Shown here one piece after another: positions 1-14,100 of a stretch of 64,000 nucleotides of DNA. Source of the stretch: Octopus sinensis (Eukaryota). Where the stretch lies: the NCBI RefSeq assembly GCF_006345805.1, contig NC_043004.1, positions 92,876,001 to 92,940,000 of the forward strand, given 5' to 3'. Under the pieces are notes generated by a model. That model was not told the DNA's origin. It did no database searches and worked only from the letters and a program-made list of their open reading frames with translations. A program made the translations under genes and the position numbers. Within the stretch, counting starts at the first letter, position 1, and each line of letters opens with the position of its first letter.

Positions 1-829
1 CATCAATGGAATTTGTATCTTTGTGGTACCAGTGCCGGTGGCACACAAGAAAACCATCCGAACGTGGCCGTAGCCAGTACCGCGTCGACTGGCCTCCGTG
101 CTGTGGGCACGCAACAAACACCATCCGATCGTGGCCGTTCGCCAGCCTCATCTGGCACCTGTGTCGGTGGCACATAAAAACACCATCCGAAGACCCGGCA
201 AGACTTGTCAGGCCATAACCCGTGGCCCCTACCTGGGACGTAGTCAGTCCACTTGTGCATACCTTCCTTCTTGTGACACTTGTGAAGACCTGTTGAGGCA
301 AGTGAAAATCAAATCAAAATCAAAACAAATCAAAATAGATGAACATCAATGGAATTTGTATCTTTGTGGTACCAGTGCCGGTGGTACCAGTGCCGGTGGC
401 ACACAAGAAAATCATCCGAACGTGGCCGTAGCCAGTACCGCATAGACTGGCCTCCGTGCTTGGGGACGTAACAAACACCATCCGATCGTGGCCGTCCGCC
501 AGCCTCATCTGGCACCTGTGTCGGTGGCACATAAAAACACCATCCGAGCGTGGCCGTCTGCCAGCCTCGTCTGGCACCTGTGTCGGTGGCACATAAAAAC
601 ACCATCCGAGCGTGGCCGTTCGCCAGCCTCGTCTGGCACCTGTGTCGGTGGCACATAAAATCACCCACTACACTCTCGGAGTGGTTGGCGTTAGGAAGGG
701 CATCCAGCTGTAGAAACACTGCCAGATCTGACTGGCCTGGTGCAGCCTTCGGGCTCCCCAGACCCCAGTTGAACCATCCAACCCATGCTAGCATGGAAAA
801 CGGACGCTAAATGATGATGATGATGATGA

Positions 830-830
<1 letters not shown>
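1..830 (+). mobile_element. RTE LINE 3' UTR copy with internal duplications and (ATG)n tail
   Basis: Same 3' UTR family as 39310-39910; several ~50-bp internal units; poly(ATG) at 810-830. Confidence 0.85.
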
Positions 831-898
<68 letters not shown>

Positions 899-952
899 AT
901 ATGTATATATATATGTATATATATATGTATATATATATACACATATATTATA

Positions 953-1506
953 CAGAGTCCATCAAAGAAATGTGTACACACTTCAGGAAAAGAAAAACTT
1001 AAAATAAACAGTTAGATGCAATATAATAAAATAGAGGAAAAATTTTATCATCACTGATGACTGATTGTGCCAAAGCACCTATATTGCAAGAAATAAGAGT
1101 TAAAAGCTATTACTGCTGTACAAGACATGCAATATATATATATATATACACACATATATATACACACTGACAGCGGAGATAACTACCCCATGAGCATCTC
1201 TAGGATCACTAGGCTTGACTACTTCCAACTACCTGTAGTAGGCTTGTCAATAGTGACTATTCAAACATTTGATGGTTGACTGAACATGGATGTCAATATA
1301 TATATATTTTACTATCAAAATTTATGGTTGATTTAGCAAAATGCTAATGCATATATTAAAAATTAATTCAAACAGCTAGGCACAATATAATACTACAAAG
1401 GGAAAATTTTATTGTTACTAATTGTGACTAACGCACCGGTGTTGCAAGAAATAAGAGTATTGTGATGTAGATAGATTATGTTTGTGTGAGCAAACAAGCA
1501 TGTGCA

Positions 1507-1538
<32 letters not shown>

Positions 1539-1789
1539 CAATTATCAGTTCGTTTTTTTAGGGAATTCTCATAAATTTTCCAAACTGACAGCAAAGGAAA
1601 ACATACTTAGACAGAATGAAACATTACAATTTCACCTTAGCTAGGGCTGATTATACTGAGAAAATTCAATGTAATCCTAATAGGGATTAAAAAAAGGTAC
1701 ATAAAGAAGTGAAAATTGGCTGGGGTGTTCAAATATTTCTACAAAATTTCTTTTCCTGAAGTGTGTAAACATTTCTTTGATGGACTCTG
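953..1789. mobile_element. Tc1/mariner-type MITE or non-autonomous element
   Basis: 43-bp terminal inverted repeats (CAGAGTCCATCAAAGAAATGT.TACACACTTCAGGAAAAGAAA, 1 mismatch) at 953-995 and 1747-1789, flanked by TA on both sides. No transposase seen inside. Confidence 0.8.
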
Positions 1790-1800
1790 TATAACGTATG

Positions 1801-1845
<45 letters not shown>

Positions 1846-2040
1846 AGTGAATTGAAGAAATGGAGTTGAACGAAGATTGAACAGAAATCGTTTTATTGCA
1901 TTCTACACGTGTTTCGAAAGGCACAATTTACCAAATTCTGATTGAATAAGGAGATTAATAAGGAGATTAATCTGCAACAAGATTATTCATCTTTCTATTT
2001 CACAATATATATATATATATATATATATATTGTATACATT

Positions 2041-2071
<31 letters not shown>

Positions 2072-3099
2072 TTTCATGTATGTATTTATATATATATATA
2101 TATCTTAATATATAAAACTGAGAATGTGTGTCTGTGTGTGTGTCTATCTGTTTGTGTGAATCCTTAAAACTCGAGACCTTCACAACCGATTTCATTCAAA
2201 TTTTACTCATGCCTTACTTAGGGCCCATACAGTGTCATGGGCCAAACAATTTTCAATTTCTTGCCTAATGCAAGCCCAGACCAATCTCTTATCTCTTACA
2301 CTATTTCAGTATTATGTGTCAAAAGTGAAACCATAACATCTCTATTATAAGGTTAGATACTTTCAATTTAATAGTTTCACTATTAATAATGAAACTATTA
2401 AAGTGAAACTATTATCTTACATTTATATCCCACATATATTGAGACCCCCTTCGGTCATGACACAAACCATGGGATTGCACCTAGAAAGTTACCCTCCCAG
2501 GCACAAGTCCGGGCAAGGTTGTTTATGGAAGACCAGTAGTCACCCATGCATACCGACCTCCCCTCCCCACGCCACCAGTGTTATCCAAGGGAAAGGCAAC
2601 AGCAGATACAGCTTGGCACCTGTGACATCGCAACTCATTTCTACAGCTGAGTGAACTGGAGCAACGTGAAATAAAGTGTCTTGCTCAAGAACACAACATG
2701 CAGAACAGTCCGGGATTCAAGCTCACAACCTCATGATCATAAGCTCGATGCTCTAACCACTGAGCCATGCACCTTCACTCCCACACACATATATATACAT
2801 GCATTCATATATATATATATATATATATATATACATGCATTCATATATATATAGCTAGATTTATGATTTCATTAGGTTATTTCTATTCATAAACATTTAA
2901 ATTAGGAGTATTTCTAAACCATTAGCTTCATATTTCAACAACTTAACTGAAATCTTGCCCATGTAGCAGGAACTGAGAGGGACATCATGGAACCGAGAAA
3001 CTGTGGGTGATACAGATAATTTGACATTATTTTTCAGTTCTGCATGCAAAAACATATAAGATACAGGTATTCTTTTTCTTGAGACAAATTCTTTGTTTA

Positions 3100-3560
3100 C
3101 CAGTGTTATCTGATGACCAAGGTCTGTGAGTGAGTCTCTGACATGACCTTTGGGAACTATCATCTTACCAACCTGGAGTATTCACCAACTCAATCAACCT
3201 GTTCAAGGATGCACTGACCATATACCAAGAGAAATCAGTAAAACTTGACCTTCAGGTGAGTTGGGTGAAGACAAAGCTGATGCATGACGGTGATGGTCCG
3301 AACAACCTGCTTCTCCATATTGGCCCCAATATTGTGGAGTTTGTTGGCTCCTTTATCTACCTGGGCTTCACAAATCACCATCAGTGGAGACCTGATGTCA
3401 GAGGTCAACCACAGATATAGTCTGGCTGCTGAGGTCATATACTTCCTATGAAATCCCCTTTGATACCACAACTCTATCTTCCAGAAGATGAAGCTCCACA
3501 TCTACAATGTGTCAGTTCTCTCCATTCTCCTCTATGGAGCGGAAATGTGGCTCCACATGA
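3100..3560 (+). mobile_element. LINE reverse-transcriptase C-terminal fragment
   Basis: KLHIYNVSVLSILLYGAEMW motif; frameshifted. Confidence 0.7.
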
Positions 3561-3574
3561 AGACCATACCAAAG

Positions 3575-3835
3575 ATGCATATGTATGTGTGTGTGTATGT
3601 ATGTGTGTGTGTACATATGTATGTATGTACGTATGTATGTATGTATGTACGTATGTATGTATGTATGTACGTATGTATGTGTGTATGTATGCATGTATGT
3701 ATGTATGTATGTATGTATGTATGTATGTATCTACGTATGTATGTATGTGTGTATATATGTATGTGTGTATGTATGTATGTATGTATGTATGTGTGTGTGT
3801 ATGTATGCATGCTTACATGCATGCATATATGTATA
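3575..3835. repeat. Long compound (TATG)n/(TG)n microsatellite
   Basis: Direct inspection; source of several spurious Y/V/C/M ORFs. Confidence 0.95.
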
Positions 3836-4529
3836 ATTTATAAATATTGCATGAATGATAGTATTTTGAAAAGAGTTTAATATTTAATTTCATATGTATA
3901 TATGTGTGAAATTAATTAATATAATTTACAATAAAACTTTCCAGTTTCATTTTAATAAAAAAAAATACCAGCTGCATCAGAGTAAAACATCTCACTATGG
4001 TTCACCTGCATTTAGCATCTCTGACCATCACTCACTCTCACTCCATTTGTTGTCTTTATTTTTCTCTATTCGCATGACTGGACTGTGAAAAAATTTGTGT
4101 TTTATTAAATGTAAGTTATTTATAGCAAACTAAGCAAATACTTAGAAACTTCTTTGTTCGACAATATGTCAAGGATATTAGATGCTTGCCTAACATGTAA
4201 CATGAGTATAGTATGCACAATATCTATTGTATATGAAAACTTGTACATTTACATGATATATTCTTGTATATACACCCACCCACACATACATATAAAACAG
4301 AAAGGTAGAGGGTTGTTATGTTTAGATTGATTGAATGGAGCCATGATCAAAGGTGTGTTAGTCATTACTTGTTTTCTCTTAATCTTGATTTCAGTCTGTT
4401 TTGTTTGTTTTTAAAATAACAAGCATATTTTGAAGGCAATTTGGTCATTATAACTAGTGGGTCAATTCAAATCATCTAAGACTCTATGTGACTAGCTGTG
4501 ATCTGATTTCATTAAAAATCAATACGGAC

Positions 4530-4930
4530 GCAGGAGTGGCTGTGTGGTAAGTAGCTTACTAACCAACCACATGGTTCCGGGTTCAGTCCCACTGCGTGGC
4601 ACCTTGGGCAAGTGTCTTCTGCTATAGCCCCGAGCCGACCAATACCTTGTGAGTGGATTTGGGAGACGGAAACTGAAAGAAGCCTGTCGTATATATGTAT
4701 ATATATATGTGTGTGTGTGTGTTTGTGTTTGTCCCCCTAGCATTGTTTGACAACCAATGCTGGTGTGTTTACGTCCCCGTCACTTAGCAGTTCGGCAAAA
4801 GAGACCGATAGAATAAGTACTGGGCTTACAAAGAATAAGTCCCGGGGTCGATTTGCTCGACTAAAGGCGGTGCTCCAGCATAGCCGCAGTCAAATGACTG
4901 AAACAAGTAAAAGAGTAAAAGAGTAAAGAG
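4530..4930 (+). mobile_element. tRNA-derived SINE family A (~400 bp, internal microsatellite, (GAGTAAAA)n tail)
   Basis: A/B-box-like head (TGGCTGTGTGGTAAG ... GGTTCAGTCCC); many near-identical copies in the window; resembles octopus OK-type SINEs (from memory). Confidence 0.85.
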
Positions 4931-5329
4931 AGTTGCTTAAAACCAATGTAAGTGGTGTGGGGAAAGGTGATACATTTGTGAGTACTCAATGCTGAAGGCA
5001 AAAATTGTAGTGTTCCTCTTTTTACTTCAATGGTAATGTAAGTGACTGAAGTTTTGTTTAGCTAACTATACTAAGTATGTTACTTTTCACAGAAGCATTG
5101 TAATTCAAATGACGAGGCATTTCAAGACAACTTCATTTCAGTCATGTAGAAATAATTAGTTTACTATTTAGATATGAAAAAATATATATATATAATGTAA
5201 CCTACTTAGAATAATGACAGATTTTGCCTGTGTATGGACACGTATGCTACATGGCCGTGAGGCATGAGCTGTAACTGCAAAGGACATATGAAAACTTGAA
5301 AGAAGTGAAGCCAGCATGCTCAGCTGGAT

Positions 5330-5744
5330 ACTCTCTTTACTCTTTTACTTGTTTCAGTCATTTGACTGCAGCCATGCTGGAGCACCACCTTTAGTCGAGC
5401 AAATCGACCCCAGGACTTATTCTTTGTAAGCCCAGTACTTATTCTATCAGTCTCTTTTGCCAAACCGCTAAGTGATGGGGACGTAAACACACCAGCATCA
5501 GTTGTCAAGCAATGCTAGGGGGACAAACACAGACACACAAACGCACACACACAAATACATATACATATATATACATATATACGACAGGCTTCTTTCAGTT
5601 TCCGTCTACCAAATCTACTCACAAGGCATTGGTCGGCCTGGGGATATAGCAGAAGTCATTTGCCCAAGATGCCACGCAGTAGGACTGAACCCGGAACTTT
5701 GTGGTTGGTTAGCAAGCTACTTACCACACAGCCACTCCTGCGCC
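5330..5744 (-). mobile_element. SINE family A copy
   Basis: Reverse complement of 4530-4930. Confidence 0.85.
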
Positions 5745-6351
5745 TGTTAGTGTGCACATACAACAAAATGTAAATGTTTTGAGAGAGAAATTGTGTGTAA
5801 GAAGCATCAGTTGTAGTGTGCAAGGGAGAAGTCTGCACTTATATGGTCATATGAAGTGTATGGATGAGGACAGCTGCATAAAGAAATGCCAATTTCTAAC
5901 TGCCAAAGAAACCTGTGGAAGCAGTAGACCTAGAAAGACATGGAAGGATGTGGTGAGAAAAGATCTTCAGTTATTAAGGAAATGAGAAAAGGTCAAGACA
6001 ACTGGTAATATGCTGTACTTAAGGAGACTTCCCCAGCAAAGTAAAATCCATGTTCATGACCCTACTCCCTCCCTCACAACTCACCAATGCTCACCACTGA
6101 TGTTTCTCCCCTCAGTTCTCCCTCACTTGTTCACCTGCCTACTTGTACACAATATGTCCGAGTTAAATCCCTTCCCACAATGTGTAACTCCCACTTTCCT
6201 TTCAAAATCTTGTGAACTCACCCACCTGCCCACTATATATGCCACCCTGTAACTTGAGTGTACGGTGTCTGCCTCCCTCTCTGTCACATCTTCACCATCT
6301 TCCTCACTTCCTTCTCTCCTCCATCTGCTACTCCCCTAGCTAAATATACCT

Positions 6352-6584
6352 ATTTCTTTAATACCCACAAGGCTAAACATAGAGGGGACAAACAAGGACA
6401 GAGATAGGTATTAAGTCGATTACATCGACCCCAGTACGTAACTGGTACTTAATTTATCGACCCCAAAAGGATGAAAGGCAAAGTCAACCTTGCCGGAATT
6501 TGAACTCAGAACGTAACGGCAGACGAAATACCGCTAAGCATTTCGCCCGGCGTGCTAATGTTTCTGCCAGCTCACCACCATTAG
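6352..6584 (-). mobile_element. SINE family C copy with 21-bp target-site duplication
   Basis: CTCCCCTAGCTAAATATACCT at 6331-6351 and 6585-6605. Central GCCTTTCATCCT..GGGGTCGATAAATTAAGTACCAG block resembles the Meta/MESC domain (from memory). Confidence 0.85.
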
Positions 6585-6619
6585 CTCCCCTAGCTAAATA
6601 TACCTGTCTCCTAGCTTCC

Positions 6620-6840
6620 TCTGTGTGTGTGTGTGCATGCATGTGTGTGTGTGTGCATGCGTGTGTCTGCGTGCACGTGTATGTGTGCGTGCACGTGTAT
6701 GTGTGCGTGCATGCGTGTGTCTGCATGCATGTGTGTGTGTGTGTGTGCATGTGTGTGCGTGCATGCGAGTGTGTGCGTGCATGCGTGTGTGTGCATATGT
6801 ATGTATACACATACACACAAATGTGTGTGTGGTGTGTGTG
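6620..6840. repeat. Compound (TG)n/(TGCA) microsatellite
   Basis: Direct inspection. Confidence 0.95.
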
Positions 6841-7129
6841 TAATTGTTTTTATACCACTATGAAATATGAATCAACCAATCACGTCAGAGCTAAGATCAA
6901 ATGAGTGAGAACTGTCTAGAGAGAGTATATCAACTTTTCTATCTGGCAGTGTGTCATTCATAGTTAAAACAGCAATTAACCCCATGGAGGATAAGAACTT
7001 TATGAAACAACATATTTCCCATTGCTTAGTGTATGAGTTTTGAAAGAAAAGTACTGCTACAGAAGCAATGAAAAGCATTTTCTGAAGTTTATCCAGATGC
7101 TGTGAAGACTCGTACATAACAACTGCAGT

Positions 7130-7420
7130 TCAGAAGGTTTAAAGATGGTGATTGTGACATATCTGACAAGCCTCTTTCTGAAAGGTGACTCACTCTTAAT
7201 GACGACCTTTTGAATGAGACTATTGTATTGGATTCGTGTCAAAGCACTTGAGATTTGGTGCAAAAATTTAATGTCATATTCAACTATCCACGAATATCTC
7301 AAGCAAATTGGGAAAACATGCAAAGAGGAAATTTGGGTTCCACATAAGATTATAATTGAGAACCAAACACAATGTTCCACCATCTGTAGCAGTCTTCTAA
7401 CAAACCATGACTAACAGCCT
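7130..7420 (+). mobile_element. Mariner transposase fragment
   Basis: ORF 7214-7414 contains STIHEYLKQIGKTCKEEIWVPH, matching the mariner WVPHEL region. Confidence 0.7.
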
Positions 7421-8419
7421 GTGATTTCTGCAGTGCATTGTTATAGTTCGTCCAAGATGATATACAGTGGGACTGAAGTCAAAACTATATGGATGGGAAG
7501 TAAGCTTCTTTCTGGACAGAACAGTTACAGGACAACTTACAGTGGAAAGACAGCACATAGCATAGGAGAACGTATAGGTGGACACTGGTGAGAGCTCAAA
7601 GAGGAGAAATGCTCATCAGTGCTCTACCAACATGCTCAGTTAAAACATGGAGGCATGGATAATAATATAGATGTTAATATATTACCAACACATAGAACTG
7701 ACATAACACTTAGATTACATAGTAATAGACAAACCAAGCCACACACACACACATACACACACAGATGCAAGCACATTCACAAATAAAGATACACACTACA
7801 AATAGGCACAGTGGACTAAATAGAACAGGAGGAGACACATAGGATGGAGAGTCGCTGAAGAAGTCATTGAATGTGTAATGAAAGATTACACTAAAATAAC
7901 ACAAAGGACACTAAAATAAGAATAATAATAAAGCTTAGGTGAAGAATGAGTACATAGTGTGTGTGGGTAATTAGCAAAATCTATGACCATCCCCATATAT
8001 AATAAATGTTTCAACACAAGATTTCACATCAGGAATCTTGCAAAACAAATACATAAATGTGTGTGCATATATATATATATATTATATAAGAATTAAGATA
8101 TAAACTCTAATTAGGAAATCATACTCATATATTTATACATTTGACTTAAAATGCCAATACATATATTAATACATATCAACACATATGAATATTTTTTTTA
8201 ATATTTATAAAATATAAATATGCATAAAAAATATGTGTAAATAAAACCCATGTAGGATACGTATAGATCTGAAAAATGCTCTCTCCATCTATTCAGTGTT
8301 TCAGGAGGATTTAATAACCTCATTTCCATCTTTTGACTTCAAGGGAACATATGATGAAGATTGCAGTCCAAAGCTTTCCCCCAATAAACTATAAAACCTT
8401 TTCATGTCTTTCATGCCAT

Positions 8420-10130
8420 AAGCCACCTATACTTCCTCAGACAAATTTCTTCACCAAGTGTCTTTAAGCTTTCTGAGACTTGTACAACTTTTCTAGTTGC
8501 ACTTTGTTCTTAACGTTTGGGTCAAGAAACTTTTCATGAGTGGACCTTTTTGTTGCTAAAAAGCACATTTATCACTAAATTGGAATCAAACCTGTCTCGG
8601 TGTTGTCTCCTCCTAAAACCTAACACCTCTGATCCCATTTTATATATTCCATCCTAAAAAGATTGCCATGAACCTTCATAATGAACATTGCTGCATCTCT
8701 CCTGAAATAACTGCAAAATTTGTTGTTTTAGCTGCTCTACATCAATTCTCTTTGGTACTCGTACACCTGCACTATAAATTTTCTTGCAGACCCTGAACTT
8801 GAACTTGGCCCTAACCATCTTATAATCAGTATCATAATCAGCACTTCACAATACTCTGAGACTGCACAAATCTTGTAAGTCTGCTTTCTCAGTTAATACA
8901 AAGTCAATCATGCGACCTTGCTTTGATCTTGGGTAAATCCAGGTAACTTTATGTTTCAGCTTTTGATGAAAGAAAGTATTCCCAACAACCAACCCTAGCT
9001 CAGAGCACATTTGTAGCAGATGCAACGTATTATTGTTCACTTTTTCTATTCTGTAATGCCCAAGCACATTCCAAGCACCATAGTCTCTACCAACACGTAC
9101 ATTAAAGTTACCAAGCACAGCCAATTTCTCATTCAAAGGGACTAACAGAATACTTTCTCTAAGCTCCACACAAAATGCATGGATATTTTTCTCACTAGCT
9201 GAAAGTGTCGGAACATAATGGAGAAAACAGTTACAAAATATCCACAAGAAACAGGGATTCAGAGTTTCCTTATGTGTTTATTTATGCTTTGTGGTTGTTC
9301 TAGGTCTTTTAGCAAATCACTTCTAATTGCAAACCCAACACCACCTTCCCTTTTCTCTCCCTTCAGCTTCCCAACCCAGAATAATGTGAAATTTGCTGCT
9401 CTTTCAACAACATCTTGTTTCAGAAAGAGCTGCAATATCAACATTAATATGCCTTAGTTCCTTAGGTATTAGAGCTGTTCTTCTTTCAGGTTTATCTGCT
9501 CGATCTAAAAGGTTTCTCACATTCCAACAGGCCAGGTTAAGAGAAACTTTATTCCTTGCATACTTGTTATCATCATTTATATCAACTCTTTGTTCATTCC
9601 TGCTAAATTGAACCACCATTAGCTGCAGTAAACTAACTAGCAGAGAAAGGACAGTCAATTTTTAGTGTACCTTTTCTAGCACCTTCACAGTATATCCAGA
9701 TGAACAGTGTTCTCTTTAAAGAGACTGCTCAGATTCTCCACCGAAAACAGTTCCTATCCCTGAAAACATGTTAGCAATGTTAAGATAAGAGCCCTGCCGC
9801 CTTATGTGCAAATTTGTAATTGTATGCTTCCAATTGGTCAAGTCTGCTTACATTGCCATGCCTCTATTTCCATAGGACTTTTGAAAAATGATGATTGTAC
9901 AATGATGGTGTTTTGTCAGGGACATCTGTACTTCATTGGATTTCAGTGACAAATGCTTGTGCAACACTTTTGCTACTCTCTCGGTCAAAATAGTAGATTC
10001 TAGAGACAAACAAAGCAAGATGACTAGAACTAAGTTGACTGCAGGTTTTATATTGGGATACCTTCTCCTAGGCTTTTCCTCAAACGGAGACTGCAAGCAA
10101 GCAGTGGTAAGTCAATTTGAATTCAGAGTT
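8420..10130 (-). mobile_element. RTE-clade LINE, 5' part (UTR and AP endonuclease), decayed
   Basis: ORF pieces LNLACWNVRNLLD...RRTALI.KEL...VDIAALSETR, GVGFAI, LGNFNVRVG and MIDFVL are typical RTE APE motifs. Confidence 0.85.
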
Positions 10131-10347
10131 TTATTCTCCAATACAAATCATGGCTTTATTTCAAAACAGGAGCCCAGTCTGCCTCCATCAAGTGTCATGG
10201 CTTTGATAGTGCAACCAATTAAGAGACTATCATTATTATGACCTGGCTTTAGGTCAGAGTGTCCTTCTCCTAGAAGAGTTGCCTTCACCACAGCTAATCA
10301 GCCTCATCTACCCACCGACACACACACACAGAAAAAATATATACATA

Positions 10348-11609
10348 CAGGGGTTGGACAAAATAATGGAAACACTTTAAAATTTCAAACAAATATATTT
10401 TAATATGGGATAGGACAGCTTTTGGCAGTAATTACAGCTTGAATTCAACAAGGTATGGACTCGTACAAAGTTTGAAATGTTTCCAAAGGAATTTTTGTCC
10501 ATTCTTCAGCTAAAACAGTCTCCAGTTCTTGTAGCGATGATGGTGGAGGATATTGACTCCTTACTTTTTTTTTTCTAAAATGCACCATAAATGTTCAGTA
10601 ATATTGAGATCTGGGGACTGTGTTGGCCAAATAGGATGTTCAACTTCACTAGAATGTTCCTCATGCTATGCAGCAACAACTTGAGGTATGTGAATTGGTG
10701 CATTATCATCTTGAAAGATTGTGTTTCCCTCTGGAAACAGGTCCACAACCATAGGATGAATTTGATCAAATAAAATGCTTAAATAGTCTTGACTATTAAT
10801 TCTGCCATGAAGGGAAACCATTGGGCCGGTGGATTTCCAAGATATAGCCCCCTAGATCATTACAGATCCTCCTCCATGTTTAACAGTTGGAAGAAGGCAA
10901 TCTGGGTCAAATGCTTCTTTTGGCTGTCTCCACACATATACTTGGCCGGTGGTTGGAAATAGGGTAAAGGATGACTTATCTGAGAAAATAACATTCTTCC
11001 ACTGCTCTAGGGACCAATTCTGTAGAATTTTACTCCACTCTAAACACTTTGCAAAGTTTGTTTTTGAAAGTAGTGGTTTTCTGATTGCAACCCTCAAATG
11101 AAATCCGGCTTTGTGCAGCTCCCAGCAAACAGTTTTCATGGAACTGGGTTCTCAATGTGGTCATTAGGCTCTACAGCAATTTTTGGAGCTGTACTTTTCT
11201 GATCCATTCTAACAATTTGTGTAAGAGTCCGACAGTCCCTATCTGCCTTCCAGAGTTTTGTTTCACCGAAGAAGTTTTTCCCTCTTTTTCAAAGTGTGTC
11301 ATTACTTTTGTGACAGTATTTCTTGATACACAAAACATTTCGACTGCTTTTGTTATGCTAGCGCCTGCCATACGAGCACCAACAATTTAACCTCTTTGAA
11401 AGTTCAATAGATCTGTCATTTTAATGAATTTTAATTACCGTTTTCTGATGATATCTGCAAAGAAACAGCAATTTTAGCAAAACATATTAAGCAACACTAA
11501 TAATAAATCAAAAAATATAAAAAATAAACAAGCTTTTGATGGTTTTATAGATATTTCAAAATTATGATGCTATGTTGTTAGGTGTTTCCATTATTTTGTC
11601 CAACTCCTG
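10348..11609 (-). mobile_element. Tc1 (DD34E-type) DNA transposon with disrupted transposase
   Basis: 28-bp TIRs CAGG(G/A)GTTGGACAAAATAATGGAAACAC with TA flanks. ORF pieces include the HTH (SRNTVTKV...NSGR), WKNVIFSDKS and TVKHGGGSVMI, broken by stops and frameshifts. Confidence 0.92.
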
Positions 11610-12467
11610 TATCTATACATAAAAAAAAAGATATAAAATTTGAAATTTTTACAATTCAAAAGGTTTGTTTTAACTAAAAAATAAATAAACTCAAAATTAA
11701 GAATGTAAATAAAATAAAAATGATATATAAATATATATATGTAAATATATAGAAAGATATATAAAAAAAGATATATAAAAATATATATAAATATATAACG
11801 CATATGTACAAATACATACACAACTATTTATACTTAATGTTGGCTGACTGTTGATTACACATGAGTTCTTCCACCCTTTAACAGGCCTTACATTTCATCT
11901 TGCAAGATATCCAACAATCACCCTCCTCACCAAGTAAGCTTGGTGGGGTTACCAATTTAGTCGCCAATGACCTGACCATGCAACAGGTTGTACTGGGTTA
12001 CGTGTTAGCTGTAGCGCTCAAGATATATATATATATATATCACCTTCCCGAGTGTCAAACTAATACACCTGCTTGTTGTTTAGTCACCTGTCTTCGTCTT
12101 TTCTTTTACTATATATTTCAACTATATATATATATATATATGCTTGCATTGGATGGTACAGTCGTGGTTATTATTATTATTATTAATATTAATATTAATA
12201 TTCATTTTATTGACATTTTGTGTAATGACACATTTTAATAGATTGGACTGTTCAATATATATGCCTGCTTTAAATGTGAATGTACAAGTTGTGGTTCCTT
12301 GATGTTGGTTATAGAACTGTGGAGTTCAATATGGAACATTATTGTGTTTGTTAATGTATATTGATCTATATTGTATTATTGTGTATATATATATATGTAA
12401 GAATATGAGTGTGTATGCACACATATTTATATTTATATGTAAATTTTTTTCATATTTGCATTAAATT

Positions 12468-12576
12468 CTCTGAAGAGGCCGTGAGACATTCTTGTTAATG
12501 TCTCATTTATACCTGCTTTATATGGCTAATAGGTTAAATGGGACATACCTGTCTTCACGGCCGAAACAGCTGTCAG
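12468..12576 (+). ncRNA. Type-I hammerhead ribozyme motif with extended stem II
   Basis: CTGAAGA (12470), GGCCG...CGGCC, GAAA, palindrome CAGCTG, TC (GUC site). Stem I is only 2 bp plus a distal TTGCA/TGCAA pairing. Confidence 0.6.
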
Positions 12577-13822
12577 CTGCAATGTAAATGTATTTCTATT
12601 TCTATGTCTTGTTATATTTTTACTATATTAATGTATAATACCATTGCTATTGTGTAATGGTTTAATAAAGTATTGATTGAGTATTATCTGATGGTTGATG
12701 ATTGATTTAGATATATTTCTCCATTTTCTCATTTTGTATATATATATATATATGTGAATGGAAGAAATGAAGAGAAAGCTGCAATAAGGTATCCTTATTC
12801 AATCAGAATTTGGAAATTTGTGGCCTTTGAAACATGTGTAGAATGTAATAAAAGGAATTCTGTAGAATCTTCGTTCAGCTCCATTTCTTCCATTCACTAA
12901 TTATATTAAACTTCAATTATCCGCGCCAACGCACGGTTGCAACACCCTATGGTCATAACTCCAACCGTGTTTTTTCTGCTGTGATTTTTGCTACCCAGGT
13001 ATCGGTTAAACTTTTGAATAATCCGTAACAAGATAATTCATCTTTCCATTTCAACAAACATATATATATATATGTATATATTTGTATGTATGTATATAAA
13101 GTTAATCCAAACATGAAAGCACAAAAAAACACAACAACGCGAGGACATGGAACAAATATAGTATTATTGGATGCTCAGGAAAGAAGGAGGGTTTAACGTT
13201 TCAAGCAGAGCTCTTCGGCGGAAACATAGGAGAAGGAAAGATCCAGAGAAGAGAAGACAGAGTAAAAAAAATCGCCAACGGTACACATGCGGTTACGTTT
13301 TGAGTGTATCTCTTATTATAAAAGGCAGATTTTATCTGCCTCCCTTTGGGAGTTATACAAATCTACAATATAGGATTTCTTCAATTACAATTTACCTAGC
13401 ATTTTCAAGAGTACAATGCATCGCGTCATGCCAGGTCCAGTTTTTAAAATTTAAACTCCAATTAAGCAAAATTTACAGAAAACTCACATTCTGGTGTGTG
13501 TGTCAAATGCTTTTCTTAGTCTGGTTTATACCACACGCAAACGCACACACACAGTGGGCAACGAATAAAATGAAAGTAATTCACTTACTGTAGTGAGTGA
13601 TTCTTTCACTCTGCCTCCCACTTCCTCTTTCCACACATAGACACGCAAATATATAAATAAAATTGTAAGCTAACATGCGTGTGTGTGAGTGTGTGTGTGT
13701 GTGTGTGTGCACGCGTGTGTGTGTGTGAGGGTGCGTGTGTGTGTGTGTGTGTGTGCGTGTGCGTGAGTGTGTGACAGGAAAGTTTTTTACGACGAATATA
13801 AGACCTATATCCAAGTAGCAGA

Positions 13823-14100
13823 AAGATAAGACAGTAAGGTGTGATTTGAGGGAGATTTGGCTGCTATTTCTACCATGTCTAGCTGCCATGTAGGGGTCTC
13901 CCTCATAGGCTCATACATACATATATACATAGATAAGACAGTAAGGTGTGATTTGGGGGAAATTTGGCTGCTATTTCTACCAGGTCTAGCTACCATGTAG
14001 AGGTCCCCCTCATTGGCTCATATATATATACATACATAAGACAGTAAGGTGTGATTTGAGGGAGATTTGGCTGCTGTTTCTACCAGGTCTGTTAGGCCTT
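13823..14100 (+). repeat. Three tandem ~105-bp units (GATAAGACAGTAAGGTGTGATTTG.GGG..ATTTGGCTGCT.TTTCTACC..GTCT..)
   Basis: Direct inspection; related single copies near 26670 and 60500 (-). Confidence 0.85.

Noticed and set aside
320-810. Recurrent ORFs such as MDGSTGVCEARRLHQAQSDLAVFLRLDALPNANHS, seen at many positions
   Set aside because: Antisense or off-frame readings of the RTE 3' UTR repeat; recurrence reflects repeat copy number, not a gene family.
3448-3880. Many 60-140 aa ORFs rich in Y/I/V/C/M/H/T (also near 6500-6900, 16000-16440, 54900-55370, 56545-57255)
   Set aside because: They are translations of (TA)n, (TG)n, (TATG)n and (TATC)n microsatellites, with no splice or homology support.
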